DNA from: Squalus acanthias
Lineage: Eukaryota
Assembly (NCBI GenBank): GCA_030390025.1
Contig: CM059432.1
Location: 86,058,001-86,122,000 of the forward strand
Reading direction: 5' to 3'
Length of the DNA stretch: 64,000 nt
Made by a program: the position numbers and the translations under genes. The stretch's first letter is position 1. Each line of letters opens with the position of its first letter. The notes below the pieces were generated by a model. It was not told where the DNA came from, searched no databases, and saw only the letters and a program-made list of their open reading frames with translations. Of the stretch, positions 49,389-63,561 are shown piece after piece.

Positions 49389-52300
49389 TAAGAACATAAG
49401 ACGTAGGAGCAGGAGTAGGTCATTTGGCCCCTCGAGCCTGCTCCACCATTCAATAAGATCATGGCTGATCTGATCTTGGCCTCAACTCCACTTCCCTGCC
49501 CGCTCCCCATAACCCTTGACTCCCTTACCTTTCAAAAATCTGTCTATCTCCACCTTAAATATATTCAATGACCCAGCCTCGACAGCTCTCTAGGGAAGAG
49601 AATTCCAAAGATTCACGACCCTCTGAGAGAAGAAATTCCTCCTCATTTCCGATTTAAATGGGCGACCCCTTATTCTGAAATTATGGCCGCTAGTTCTAGA
49701 TTCCCCCACAAGGGGAAACATCTCTCTGCATCTACCCTGTCAAGCGCCTTCAGAATCTTATATGTTTCAATAAGATCCCCTCTTATTCTTCTAAACTCCA
49801 ATGAGTATAGGCCCAACCTGCTCAACCTTTCTTCATAAGACAACCCCTTTTTCTCCGGAAACAACCTCGTGAACCTCCTTGAACTGCCTCCAATGCAAGT
49901 ATATCCTTCCTTAAATAAGGAGACCAAAACTGTACGCAGTACTCCAGGTGTGCTCACCAATGCCCTGTACAGTTGTAACAAGACTTCCCTACTTTTATAT
50001 TCCATCCCCTTTGCAATAAAGGCCAATACTCCATTTGCCTTCCTAATTACTTGCTGTACCTGCATGCTAACTTTTTGTGATTCATGTACAAGGACCCCCA
50101 GATCCCTCTGTACCTCAGCATTTTGTAATCTCTCCTCATTTAAATAATAATTTGCTTTTTTATTTTTCCTACCAAAGTGGATAACCTCGCATTTTCCCAC
50201 ATTAAACACCATCTGCCAGATTTTTGCTCACTCACTTAGCCTATCTATACCCCTTTGGAGATTCTTTGCGTACTCCACACAATTTGCTTTCCCACCTATC
50301 TTTGTATCATCAGCAAATTCGGCTACATTACATTTGATCCCTTCATCCAAGTCATTAATATAGATTGTAAATAGTTGAGGCCCCAGCACTGATCCCTGCG
50401 ACACTCCACTAATTACTGTTTGCCAACCTGAAAATGACCCATTTATCCCGACTCGCTGTTTTCTGTTAGTTAGCCAATCCTCTAGCCATGCTATTATATT
50501 ACCCCCAACCCCGTGAGCTCTTATCTTGTGTAGTAACCTTTTATGTGGCACCTTATCGAATGCCTTCTGGAAATCCAAATACACGACATCTACTGGTTCC
50601 CCTTTATCCACCCTGCTCGTTACATCCTCAAAGAACTCCAGCAAATTTGTCAAACATGATTTCCCTTTCATAAAACCATGCTGACTCTGCTTGACTATAT
50701 TATGATTTTCTACATGTTCTACCACTTCCTTAATGATGGACTCCAGCATTTTCCCAATGACAGATGTTAGGCTAACTGGTCGATAGTTGCCTGTTTTCTG
50801 TCTCCCTCCTTTCTTAAATAGGGGCGTTACATTTGCAGTTTTCCAGTCCACTGGGACCTCTCCAGAATCCAGGGAATTTTGGTAGATTACAACCAATGCA
50901 TCCACTATCTCTGCAGCTACCTCTTTTAAGACTCTAGGATGCAGGCCATCGGGTCCAGGGGACTTGTCCACCTTTAGTCCCATTAGTTTGCCTAGTACTT
51001 TCTCTCTAGTGATAGTGATTGTTTTAAGTTCCCCCCCCGCCACCCCCAATAGCCCCTTGATTATCCAGTATTGGGATGCTTTTAGTGTCTTCTACCGTGA
51101 AGACCGATACAAAATATTTCTTCAAAGTCTCCACCATTTCCCTGTTTCCCATTATTAATTCCCCAGATTCATCCTCTAGTGGCCCAATGTTTACTTTAGC
51201 TACTCTCTTCCTTTTTATATATCTGTAGAAGCTCTTACTGTCTGTTTTTATATTTCTTGCTAGCTTACTCTCATAAGCTTATCATTTTTTCACTTACCCG
51301 GTGAGACAGGGAGGCGAGCCCCGACGGACTCTCGCTTCTGGTCGGAAGCCCCCAGGTGGGCAAGATAAGGCAGTGAAGGGTTATGGGGAGCGGGCAGGGA
51401 AGTGGCTTTGAGCCCAAGATCAGCCATGACCTTATTGAGTGGCGAAGCAGGCTCGAGGGGCCAAGTGGCCTATTCCTGCTCCTATTTCTTATGTTCTTAT
51501 GTAAGCTATCTACTCTCTCTTTATCATTTTTTTAGTCGTCCTTTGCTGCTTTTTAAAAATTTCCCAATCCTCTGGCCTTCCACTATTCTTCGCAACATTG
51601 TATACTTTTGTTTTCAATTTGATACCATCCTTTACTTCCTTAGTTAGCCACAGATGGTTCATCCTTCTCTTAGAGTCTTTCTTTCTCACTGGAATATATC
51701 TTTGCTGAGAGTTATGAAATATCTCCTTAAATGTTTGCCACTGCTTTTCTACAGTCTTACCCTGTAATATATTTTCCCAGTCCACTTTAACCAAGTCTGC
51801 CTTCATACCTTTGTAATTACCTTTGTTTAAGTTCAGGACACTAGTTTGAGACCTAGCTTTCTCACCCTCAAACTGAATTTGATAATCTACCATGCTATGA
51901 TCACTCTTCCCAAGAGGATCCTTCACTTCGAGATCATTAATTAATCCAGCCTCGTTACACATTACCAGATCTAAAATATTCTTCTCCCTGGTTGGTTCCA
52001 CAATGCATTGTTCCAAGAAACCATCCCGTATACACTCTAAGAACTCTTCCTCAAGTCTACCTTTGCCAATTTGCTTTGTCCAATCAATATGAAGATTAAA
52101 ATCTCCCATGATTATAGTCGTACCTTTCTTACAAGCCTCTATCATTTCTTGATTTATACTCTGTCCTACAGTGTGGCTAGTGTTTCGGTGCCTGTAGACC
52201 ACTCCCACCAGTGACTTCTTACCCTTATTATTTCTTATCTCCACCCAAACTGATTCTATGTCTTGATCTTCTAGGCCAATATCATTTCTCATTACTGCAC

Positions 52301-52700
52301 TTATCTCATCCCTTATTAACAGAACTACACCACCTCCTTTTCCTTTCTGCCTATCCTTACGAAATGGCAAATACCCCTGAATATTCAGTTCCCAGCCTTG
52401 GTCACCTTGCAACCACGTCTCTGTAATGGCTATCACATCATACCCATTTATTTCTATTTATGCTGTCAACTCATCTATCTTGTTACGAATGCTGCGTGCG
52501 TTCAGATATAGAGCTTTTAATTTTGTCTTTTTACCATTTTTCCCTACTCTGACCCCTCTTTCTGATGCACTCTTATGTGTATACACTCTGTCCCTTCCTG
52601 TCACACTCTGGTTATCATTACCCCTATCGCTACCCCTGCACTTTTGCCTTCTCATTTTTCTTTGACTTTTTAAATTTCCACTCAGCCTTTACCTCCCCCC
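49388..52700 (-). mobile_element. CR1 LINE, near-complete ORF2 in fragments
   Basis: ORFs 52458-52655, 51510-52436 (APE), 50228-51049 (RT) and 49670-50212. Confidence 0.93.
51278..51501 (+). mobile_element. Chimeric retroposon: 28S rRNA-derived head (51278-51356) and CR1 3' tail
   Basis: TTTTTTCACTTACCCGGTGAG...GGCGAGCCCCGA.GG.CTCTCGCTTCTGG resembles recalled vertebrate 28S rRNA; followed by a CR1 tail ending ttcttatgttcttatg; flanked by TAAGCT repeats (51274-51279, 51502-51507). Confidence 0.75.
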
Positions 52701-52799
52701 GACTATTTATTTTAAGGGATGTGATTCACTCAAAGGGATGTGAATCTTTGGAATTCTCTACCCCAGAGGGCTGTGGATGCTCAGTCGTTGAGTATATTC

Positions 52800-54292
52800 A
52801 ACAACAACTTGCATTTATATAGCACTTATAACGTAGTAAAACATCCCAAGGCACTTCACAGAAGCGTTATAAAACAAAATTTGACACCAAGCCACATAAG
52901 GAGATATTTGGGCGAATGACCAAAAGATTGGTCAAAGAGGTTTTAAGGAGCATCTTAAAGGAGAAAGAGAGGAAGAGATGCGGAGAGGTTTAGGGAGCGA
53001 ATTCCAGAGCTTAGGGCCTTGGCAGCTGAAGGCACAGCCACCAATGGTTGAGCAATTAAAATAGGGGATGCTCAAGAGGCTCGAATTGGAAGAGCGCAGA
53101 TATCTCGTAGGGTTGTGGGGCTGGAGGAGATTACAGAGATAGGGAGGGGTGAGGCCATGGAGGGATTTGAAAGCAAGGATGAGAATTTTTAAATCGAGGC
53201 GTTGCTTAACCCGGAGCCAATGTTGGTCAGCGAGCACAGGGGTGATGGGTGAACAGGACTTGGTGCAAATTAGGACATGGGCAGCAGAGTTTTGGATGAC
53301 CTCAAGTTTACGTAGGGTAAAACGTGGGAGGCCAGCCAGGAGTGCATTGGAATAGTCAAGTCTAGAGGTAAAAAAGGCATGGATGATGGTTTCAGCAGCA
53401 GATGAGCTGAGGCAGGGGCGGAGTCAGGGCAATGTTATGGAGGTGGAAATAAGTCGTCTTAGTGATGGCGTGGATATGAGGTCAGAAGCTCAACTCAGGG
53501 TCAAATATGACACCAAGGTTGCGAACAGTCTAGTTCAGCCTCAGACAGTTGCCAGGGAGAGGGATAGAGTTGATGGCTAGGGAACAGAGTTAGTGGCGTG
53601 GACGGAAGACAATGGCTTCGGTCTTCCCAATATTTCGTTGGAGGAAATTTCTGCTCATCCAGTACTGGATGTTGGACAAGCAATCTGACAATTTAGAGAC
53701 AGCGGAGGGGTCGATAGAGGTGGTGGTGAGGTAGAGCTGGGAGTCGTCAGTGTACATGTGGAAACTGACGCTGTGTTTTCGGATGATGTCGCCGAGGGGC
53801 AGCATGTCGCTGAGAAATAGGAGAGGGCCAAGGATAGATCCTTGGGGGACTCCAGAGGTAATGGTGTGGGAATGGGAAGTGAAGCTATTGCAAGTGATTC
53901 TCTGGCTACGATTAGATAGATAAGAATGGAACCAGGTAAGTGCGTTCCCACCCAGCTTGACAATGGTAGAGAGGCACTGGAGGAGGATGGTGTGGTCAAC
54001 CGTGTCAAAGGCTGCAGACAGGTCGAGAAGGATGAGGAGGGATAGTTTATCTTTGTCACAGTCACATAGGATTTCATTTGTGTCTTTGATAAGAGCTGTT
54101 TCAGTATTGTGGCAGGGGCAGAAACCGGATTGGAGGGATTCAAACATGGAGTTGAGGGAAAGATGGACATGGATTTGGGAGGTAACAACACGTTCAAGGA
54201 TTTTGGAGAGGAAAAGGAGGTTGGAGATGGGATGGTAGTTTGCAAGGATGGAGGGGTCAAGATTGTTTATTTTGAGGAGAGGAGTGATAATG
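52800..54292 (-). mobile_element. L2 LINE RT and 3' end
   Basis: LLDLSAAFDTVDH, GVPQGSILGPLLF, MYTDDSQLY; (AAC)n at the 3' end on +. Confidence 0.9.
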
Positions 54293-54787
54293 ACAGACAA
54301 AGATCGATAGATTTTTGGATACTAAGCGAACCAAGTGATATGGTGATAGTGCAGGAAGGTGGAGTTGTGGTACAAGATCAGTCATGATCTTATTGAATGG
54401 TGGAGCAGGCACAAAGGGCCAAATGACCTACTCCTGCTCCAGCTCCTCGTCCTCCTCCTCCTGCTCCGTAATAGTGGACCTGCAGCTGATAGTCAGCTAT
54501 CGAAATGTGCTACCACCAGGTTTCACATTCGTGGTTCAGAACAGGCGTGCTTCACGTAGAAAAAATCACAAAGGCCTTTCAAAATGGCATTATAGAGGCA
54601 ATTTAGTGCTTGTTAAGGGCCTTAACAGCCTATCCCGCCTCTTAGAGGCGGGACGGAGTCGGGACCAGCAGACACAATTTAATGAAAATTGCGTGGAGGC
54701 GGGCTTGTGCCCGCCTGCCAGTTTTCGCAATTTTAACCCCCCACACGCCTCCAAACCCATCTCCACGGGTCAATGAAAATTCTGCCC

Positions 54788-56765
54788 TAAGAGTCTGCAA
54801 AGAGATATAGATAGACTAAGTGAGTGGGCAGTAAGGTGGCAGATGGAGTATAATGTGGGGAAATGTGAGATTATTCACTTAGGTAGGAAGAATAGAAAAA
54901 GAGAATATTTTTTAAATGGTGAGAAACTTTCAAATGTTGGTGTTCAGAGAGATTTGGGTGTCCTCGTGCAAGAAACACAGAAAGCTAGCATGCAGGTACA
55001 GCAAGCAATAAGGAAGGCAAATGGCATGTTGACCTTAATTGCAAGGGGGTGGAGTATAAGAGTAAGGAAGTCTTGCTACAATTATACACGGCTTTGGTGA
55101 GACCACACCTGGAGTACTGTGCACAGTTTTGGTCTCCTTATCTAAAGAAGGATATACTTGCCTTGGAGGTGGTGCAACTAATGTTCACTAGATTGATTCC
55201 TGGGATGAGAGGGCTGTCCTATGGTGAGAGATTGTGTAGAATGGGCCTATACTCACTGGAGTTTAGAAGAATGAGAGGTGATCTCATTGAAACATATAAG
55301 ATTCTGAAGGTGATTGACAGGGTAGGTGCTGAGAGGTTGTTTCCCCTGACTGGAGTGTCTAGAACTAGGGGGCATAGTCTCAGGATAAGGGGTAGGCCAT
55401 TTAAGACCAAGATGAGGAGGAATTTCTTTACTCAGAGGGTTGTGAATCTTTGGAATTCTCTGCCCCAGAAGGCTGTGAATGCTGAGTCTTTGAGTATATT
55501 CAAGGCTGAGATAGATAGATTTTTGGATTCTAGGGGAATCGAGGGTATGGATGTGCAGGAATAAGCCATATAACCTATTCAGAAAAATACACTAACTTTT
55601 GAAAGAATTCTGACCTTATTAAAACATGACAAACTCGGTTTGGAAATCTAGAAACCTAACTATGAAATAACTATGAAAGCATTCTGGCTATTGAGATAAG
55701 GTAGTTGTTGACCCTGAATAAATAACCTTATTGAAACAGAAGGTTAAAGGCTCCGGCAGGCTGAACCTTTTGGAATGAAACAATGGTTCACCCTGGATAA
55801 GGTGTTCTAATTTACACTTCGTAAAGAAGCACAGAAAAGTAAGAAACATCTGCCTTCGTAAAAATGACATCAAGTAAAAAACACACCTGCCGGCACACCG
55901 TTTTTTATGGTAAACTTAGAACACCTAGAGAGGAGACATGATTCTGTAATGCTACCAGCTGAGGTGACTGTAAGAATTGCAGGGGTCAGCAGAAAAATGA
56001 CTAGAGATAATTAGCTTACATCAGCAGAAAACTTTAAAGGAAATACCACTGGAAAAGGGTATAAATATTGAACTCTCAAATGGGATAGTAGACTCGCTTT
56101 AAAGGGGCAAAGCGATTCTCGGCTTCAGAGGCGGCTCTGTAAGTCTCCAACTCTTTGTACCTCGGGGATCAAAGGTATTTGATTTTGGTGGATATCCTGT
56201 AGAACACTGGGAACTGTAAAACTGTAGCGAAGTTAAGATTTGAAAGTAAGGTTCTCTGATAATAAGATTGTAAGCTTTCTCTTTTTGGAACTGTTAATGT
56301 TGCGATTGACTCACCAACTGTAAACTGCATGTCGGTTCTTTAATAAATCTATATATTTTTAGAATTGTCTCACATAAGACTTCTGTATCAAACTCCCGAA
56401 CTCAATCTCTGTACACTCTTTGGTGAGGAGTTGCAGAATTCTGGGGGAGTTTTCCGGACCCTCATAATATCCGGAATGTTACAGTCTAGCTAAACTTATT
56501 AAAAGTGCTATCTGGAGGACAGTAACATTTTCAGGTTGTTCCTTTCCTTTAGGGAGAGATAGTCCGGACCTTTAGACCCAATTAAGCATCTTTAGAATTC
56601 GGCTACCTCAAACTTTAGTTGAAAGTGAACGTCTGAGAAATACGCCTGATCCGGGGTAGCCCTAAAGGGGCTAGGACTAGTAATTATCCCTTCATGGAGA
56701 TTGGGCGGGAAAAGTGGAGTTGAGATCGATGATCAGCCATGATCTTATTGAATGGCGGAGCAGGT
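54788..56765 (+). mobile_element. CR1 3' part interrupted by a solo LTR
   Basis: ORFs 54843-55100 and 55049-55564; tail resumes at 56695. Confidence 0.88.
55552..56694 (+). mobile_element. Solo LTR, family C (1143 bp)
   Basis: TG...CA termini; 4-bp TSD TGGA (55548-55551, 56695-56698); TATAAA 56060-56065; AATAAA 56342-56347. Confidence 0.85.
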
Positions 56766-56779
56766 TAGGTAATGGTTTA

Positions 56780-59700
56780 GATTTCATTAGTGGTCAGGGA
56801 TAGGAGGATGTGACTGCGACTGAGGCAGGTAAGGGGACTGCAGATGCCGTGGTGGAGGAGCCTCAGCCTTTGCCATTGTCTAACAGATACGAGGTACTTG
56901 GTACTAGTGTGGATGAGAACAAAGACAGGGAGTATGGGCAAATTGACCACGGCACCATGGTACAGGAGGCCAATCAAGTGGGGGGACCGAAAAGGAATGT
57001 GATAGTCATAGGGAATAGTACAGTCAGGGGGATAGTTACTGTTCTCTGCAGCCATCTCCTTATGACTGGAGAAGAATTTGGGGAAGGAGGGGAAGGATCC
57101 AGTTGTGGCCCATGTAGGAACCAACGGCATAGGTAGAACTAGGAATGAGGTTCTGCTGAGGGAGTTTGAGGAGCTAGGGTACAAATTAAAAAGCAGAACC
57201 TCAAAGGTAATAATCTCTGGATTACTACATGAGCCACACACAAATTAGCATAGGAACAAACAGATTAGAGGTTTAAATGCATGACTGAAAGAATGGTGTG
57301 GGACGCAGGGGTGTCAATTCATGGGGCACTGGCACCATTACTGGGGAAAGAGGGAGATGTTCCGTTGGGATGGACTCCACTTAAACTGGGCTGGGACCAG
57401 TGTCCTGGTAAATCGAATAACTAGGGTGGTAGATAGGGCTTTAAACTAATAAGGGGGAATGAGGGTTCAGATAAGGGTAAATTTATAAGTCTGAAGAGAA
57501 AAGTCAAGGCTGTAGAGCAGAGTAGCGATTTGGGTAAAATCAAGCAGATTGTGTCAGGAACAGAAAGAAAGTTTAATAACTGTAATAGGGCATTAGCAAC
57601 TAAGGCCACATCAATGAAAAATAGTAAAAAGTTAAAATCAAAGGTGCTACATCTGAATGCACGAAGCATTCATAAGATAGACAAATTAATGGCACAAATA
57701 GAGATAAATGGGTTTGATCTAATAGCCATTACTGAGATGTGGTTGCAGGGTGACCAAGGTTGGGAACTAAATATTCCAGGGTACTTGACTTTTAGAAAAG
57801 TTAGGCAAAATGGAAAAGGAGGTGGGGTAGCCCTGATAATAAACAATGAGATAAAGGCAGTAGAGAGGAAGGATCTGTGCCAGAAAATCAGGATGTAGTT
57901 CAGTATGGGTGGAGCTACAAAATAACAAAGGGCAGAAAACACTGGTGGGAGTAGTTTATAGGCCCCCTAACAGTAGTTGTAGAGTCAGGCACAGTATAAT
58001 TCAGGAAATTAGAGGAACATGTATAAAGGGCAATGCAATAACCGTGGGGGACTTTAATCTTCATATAGACTGGGCCAACCAAATTGGCAAAAGTAGCTTG
58101 GAGGACAAGTTCATGGAATGCATTTGAGACAGTTTTCTAGAACAATATGTCGAGGAACCAACTAGGGAACAGGCTATTTTAGATCTAATATTGTGTACTG
58201 AGACAGAGTTAATTAGTAATCTTATAGTAAAGGATCCTCTGGGAAAGAGTGATCATAATATGATTGAATTTCATATTAAGTTTGAGAGTGATGTGGTTAA
58301 ATCAGAAAATAGTGTCTTAAATTTAAACAAAGCCAATTACAGAGGTACAAGGGCCGAGTTGGCTTAGGTCGATTGGGAAATTAGATTTTAAAAATGACTG
58401 TTAATAAGCAACAGCAAACATTTAAAGAAATAATTCATAATTCTCAATGAATATACATTCCCTGGAGGAATAAAAACTCCACTGGAAATGTGGTACAGCC
58501 ATGGCTAACTAGAGAAGTTAAGGATAGTATTAGATTAAAAGAAGAAGCTTACAATGTTGCCAAAGTGAGCAGTTAGCCTGAGGATTGGGAGAGTTTTACA
58601 AATCAGCAAAGGATGACCAAGAAATTGATAGAGGGAGATAATAGAATATGAGAGTAAAGTAGCAAGAAATATAAAACCAGATTACATAGGATTACATAGG
58701 ATATATGGCATAGAAACCGGCCATTTGGCCCAACCAGTCCATGCCAGCATTTATGCTCCACTCGAGCCTCCTCCCGTCTTTGCTCATCGAACTCTATCAG
58801 CATAACCCTCTAATCCCTTCTCCCTCATATGCTTATCTAGCTTCCTCTTAAATGCATCTATACTACTTGCCTCAACTACTCCCTGTGGTAGGGAGTTCCA
58901 CATTCTCACCACTCTCTGGGTAAAGAAGTTTCTTCTGAATTTCCTATTTGATTTCTTGGTGACTATCTTATGCACTTCCCCACAAGTGGAAACACTCTGT
59001 ATCTACTCTATCAAAACCTTTCATAATTTTTAACACCTCAATTAGGTCACCCCTCAGCCTTCTTTTTTCAAGTGAAAAGAGACCCAGCCTGTTCATCCTT
59101 TCCTGATAGGTATACCCTCGCATTTCTATATCATTTTTATAATATGGCGATCAGAATTGTACGCAGTACTCCAAGTGTGGTCTAACCAAGGTTCAATACA
59201 AGTTTAGCATAACCTCACTACTTTTCAATTATATCCCTCTAGAAATAAACCCTAGTGCCTGGTTTGCTTTTTTATGGCCTTCTTAACCTGTGTCGCTACT
59301 TTTAGTGATTTGTGTATTTGTACTCCGAGATCCCTTTGCTCCTCTACCCCACCCAGACTCATAATCCTCCAAGTAATAAGTGAGCTCCCTATTCTTCCTA
59401 CCAAAATGTAATACCTCACATTTATCTGTGTTGAATTTCATTTGCCAATTATATGCCCATTCTGCAAGTTTATTAATGTCTTCCTGTAATTTGTTACAGT
59501 CCTCCTCAGTATTAACTATCCCCCCCCCAATTTGGTGTCATCCGCAAATTTAGAAATTGTGTTTTGATTCAAAGTCTAAATTGTTAATATAAATTGTGAA
59601 CAACAGTGGTCCCAGCACTGATCCTTGTAGAACACCACTATCCACCTTCTGCCACTGTGAATAGCTACCCTTTACTCCTACTCTCTGCCTTCTGTCTTGA

Positions 59701-62152
59701 AGCTAGCTAGCTATCCATTCTGCTACTTGTCCCGACTCCGCATTCTCTGACTTTATTCATTAGTCTATTATGTGGTACCTTATTGAAGGCCTTTTGAAAA
59801 TCGAGATAAATTACATCTACTGCATTACCCTTGTCTATTCTCTCTGTTACCTCTTCAAAAAATTGAATGAGGTTGGTCACGTAAGACTTTTCCTTTTGAA
59901 ATCATGTTGACGATTCATTATTATATTTTTGACTTCTAGATGTTCTTCTATTTTCTCCTTTAGTAGGGATTTCAATATTTTTCCTACCACCGATGTTAAG
60001 CTGACTGGTCTATAGTTCCCTGGACATGTTCTATCTCCCTTCTTATATATAGGTATTATGTTAGCTATCCGCCAGTCCTCCGGCACTACACCTTTTTCTA
60101 ATGAATTATTGAATATATGTAGTAATGCTTCTGCTATTGTAAGAGTTTCTACAAGTATGTAAAAAGGAAGAGATTAGTGAAAGTAAGCGTTGGTCCCTTA
60201 GAGGCAGAGACAGGAGAAATTATAATGGGGAATAAGGAAATGGCAGAGACGTTAAACAATTATTTTGTGTCTGTCTTCACAGTAGAAGAAACAAAAAACA
60301 TACCAGAAATTGTGGGGAATCAAGGGGCTAATGAAGTGAGGAACTTAAAGTAGTTAATATTAGTAAAGAAGATCAGCCATGATCTCATTGAATGGCGGAG
60401 CAGGCTCGAAGGGCCGAATGGCCTACTCCTGCTCCTATTTCTTATGTTCTTAAAAAGTACTGGAGAAATTCAGGTGACTAAAAGCTGACAAATCCTATGG
60501 ACCCGATGGCCTACACTCTACGGTTTTAAAAGAGGTGGCTACAAAGATATTGGATGCATTGGTTTTGATCTTTCATAATTCCCTAGATTCTAAAATGGTC
60601 CCCGTGGTTTGGAAGGTAGCAAATGTAACCCTGCTGTTCAAGAAAGGAGGGAGAAAGAAAACAGGCCATTTAGCCTGACATCAGTAGAAAAGGCTAGAAT
60701 CTATTTTTAAGGACATGGTAACAGGGCACTTGAAAAATCACAATATGATTAGGCAGAGTCAACACGGTTTTATGAAAGGGAAATTGTATTTGATGAATCT
60801 ATTAGAGTTTTTTGAGGGTCTAACTAGCAGGGTTGCTAAGGGGGAACCAGTGGATGTAGTATGTTTGGATTTTCAGAAGGCATTCGATAAGGTGCCACTC
60901 GAGGTTGTTACATAAGGTTAGGGCTCATGGGATTGGGAGTAATATATTAGCATGGATTGAGGATTGGTTAACGGAGAGAAAACAGAGAATAGGAATAAAC
61001 GGGTCATTTTCAGGATGGCAGGATGTAACTAGTGGAGTGTATCAATGACTTAGATGAGGGGACTGAATGTAATATATCTAAGTTTGCTGATGATACAAAG
61101 CTAAATGGGAAAGTAAGCTGTGAGGAGGACGCAAAGAGGCTGCAAAGGGATATAGACAGGTTAAGTGAGTAGGCAAGAAGCTGGCAGATGGTGTATAACG
61201 TGGGGAAATATGAAATTATCCACTTTGGTAGGAAGAATAGAAAAGCACAATACTTTTTAAAAGGTGAGAGACTAGTAAATGTTGCTATTCAGAGGGATTT
61301 GGGTGTCCTTGTACACAACAACACCAACAACAACATGTATTTATATAACGCCCTTAACGTAGTAAAATGTCCCAAGGTGCTTCACAGGAGCATTATAAAA
61401 CAAAATTTGACACTGAGCCACATAAGGAGAAATTAGGGCAGATGATCAAAAGCTTGGTCAAAGAGGTAGGTTTTAAGGAGCGTTTTAAGGAGGAAAGGTA
61501 GAGAGGCGGCGAGTTAACATGCAGGTACAGCAAGCAATTAGAAAGGCAAATGTTATTTTAGCCTTTATTGCAAGGGGCTGGGAGTATAAGAGTAAGGTAG
61601 TTTTGCTGCAGTTATATAGGGCTTTGGTGAGACTACATCTGGAGTACTATGTAGTTTTGGTCTCCTTACCTAAGGAACGATATATTTGCCTTAGAGGGGG
61701 TGCAACGAACGTTCACTAGATTGATTCCTGAGAGGGCTGTCTATGAGGAGAGATCGAGTAGAATGGGCCTATAGTCTCTGGAGTTTAGAAAAATGAGAGG
61801 TGATCTTATTGAAATGTATAAAATTCTTAGAGGGCTTGACAGGGTAGATGCCAAGAGGCTGTTTCCCTTGGCTGGAGAGTCTAGAACTAGGGGTCATAGT
61901 CTTAGGATAAGGGATCGGCCATTTAGGACTGAGATGAGGAGGAATTTCTTCACTCAGAGGGTTGTGAATCTTTGGAATTCTCTACCCCAGAGGGCTGTGT
62001 CGATGAGTATAGATTTTTGGACACTAAGGGAATCAAGGGATATGGAGATAGACGGGAAAGTGGAGTTGATGTAGAAGTTCAGTCATAATCTTATTGAATG
62101 GCAGAGCAGGCTCGATGGGCTGAATGGTCGACTGCTCCTATTTCTTACGTTC
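56780..62152 (+). mobile_element. Long CR1 LINE (ORF1 part to 3' tail) with nested insertions
   Basis: Esterase remnant 56810-57440, APE 57530-58300, RT 60470-62074. Nested CR1 tail ~60368-60452 and L2 tail ~61315-61510. Confidence 0.88.
58684..60135 (-). mobile_element. CR1 3' half nested antisense in another CR1
   Basis: ORFs 59877-60086 and 58784-58975; host rejoins as aaaaccag|attgtaagagtttc. Confidence 0.85.
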
Positions 62153-62227
62153 TTACAATACTAGCGCAAACTACTGGAAACATTACCCCAATATTTCTTC
62201 CTAACTCATCTCCTAAAAGACCTATAT

Positions 62228-62411
62228 GAAAGCAAAATACTGCGGATGCTGGAAATCTGAAATAAAAACAGAAAATGCTGGAAACACTCAGCAGTTCAGG
62301 CAGCATCCGTGGAACTGACAAAATGTCATCGACCTGAAACGTTAACTCTGTTTCTCTCTCCACGTATGCTGCCTGACCTGCTGAGTGTTTCCAGCATTTT
62401 CTGTTTTTATT
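62228..62411. mobile_element. Short inverted Penelope pseudo-LTR cassette
   Basis: Inverted arms ~62262-62313 and ~62359-62411 around a decayed hammerhead (CTGACAA...GACCTGAAACGTTAAC). Confidence 0.7.
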
Positions 62412-62440
62412 CCTAAATGACCTATCTGTTTAAACACATC

Positions 62441-63191
62441 GGGCCGTATTTTCAGATCGGAGGCTTCCTGCGTGCGGAGGCCTCCGATCTGGAAAAAATC
62501 TACGGACTTACCTGAGGGCTCCCGAGGTCCAGACACTTCCACTCCTGGGCCTCTCCAACTCGAAATGTGCAGGGCCCACGTATCCCAGAGGCGCATGCGG
62601 TTTGCAAGCGTCCCTGGGATCACGTGGGCCATGGGGAGCCAACAGGAGAAGGGAATCTCCCTTCGTACATTTGACAGATAGACCTGTCAAATATATGAAT
62701 GGAGATCAACCCAAAAACACTGAAAACATTAAATAATTTTTTTTTTTAAATAACATTTTTAAATCAGTTGAAATTACAATAAATTAAATCTTTTTTTTAA
62801 AAATTAATTTTTTGAAAAAATAATTAAAGTGTTTTACGGGGCTAAAAATAAACACCTTTTTTAAAAGTATTTTTAAATGATAAATGAGTGAAACATTTTT
62901 TTTTTACTTTTTTCAAATCTTATGCTGGTAAAAGCAGGCCTTACGCCTGCTTTTACCGGGCATAAGATTTCTAAGGGTTTTATGCGGGCAGAGGTTCTCC
63001 AGAAAGCGGAACTATCTGCCCGCAGAGGCCCTTCTCTAGGGAAGGCATCCGATCTGCCAGAGCATTCTTGACAGATCGGAAATGCCGGTTTTCAGCGCAT
63101 GCGCTTGGCATGCCTGAAACCGGCATTTCCGAAGTCCCTACGGGTGTGGACACAGCGCGTACACACCCGTAGGGATCGGAATATACGGCCC
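62441..63191. mobile_element. Hairpin-rich MITE, second copy
   Basis: TIRs GGGCCGTATTTTC / GAATATACGGCCC; colinear with 14159-14847. Confidence 0.85.
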
Positions 63192-63561
63192 AATATCTAT
63201 TAAAGGGTCTTGGATCCCTGTTGCTGCTATCTACAATTTGCCTTTCTATTATCCACTTACCGAATGTTCCACACACTTCTATAACTAATTTTAATTTTTA
63301 AGAAACCATGGAGCAGGAACGTATGACTAGTCGTTGAAGTAGAGATAGGGATGTGGACACTGAACTGAATTTCTGTTCTGACCTGCACCATAATAAAGAC
63401 TTTATTACATCAGTGTGTACAGCAATATACATTTATTATCTTTTGTAAGGTGCAGGTTGTTTCTACTGGGTTACATCCATCCCATTTAGTTACTTCTTAT
63501 TCAATACTGTTTTGTTTTAACATTGAAAAATGTGACTGACAGTGGGACAATTTAAATATCT

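Noticed and set aside
51278..51356. Functional rRNA gene
   Set aside because: Only about 80 diverged nt, embedded in a retroposon.
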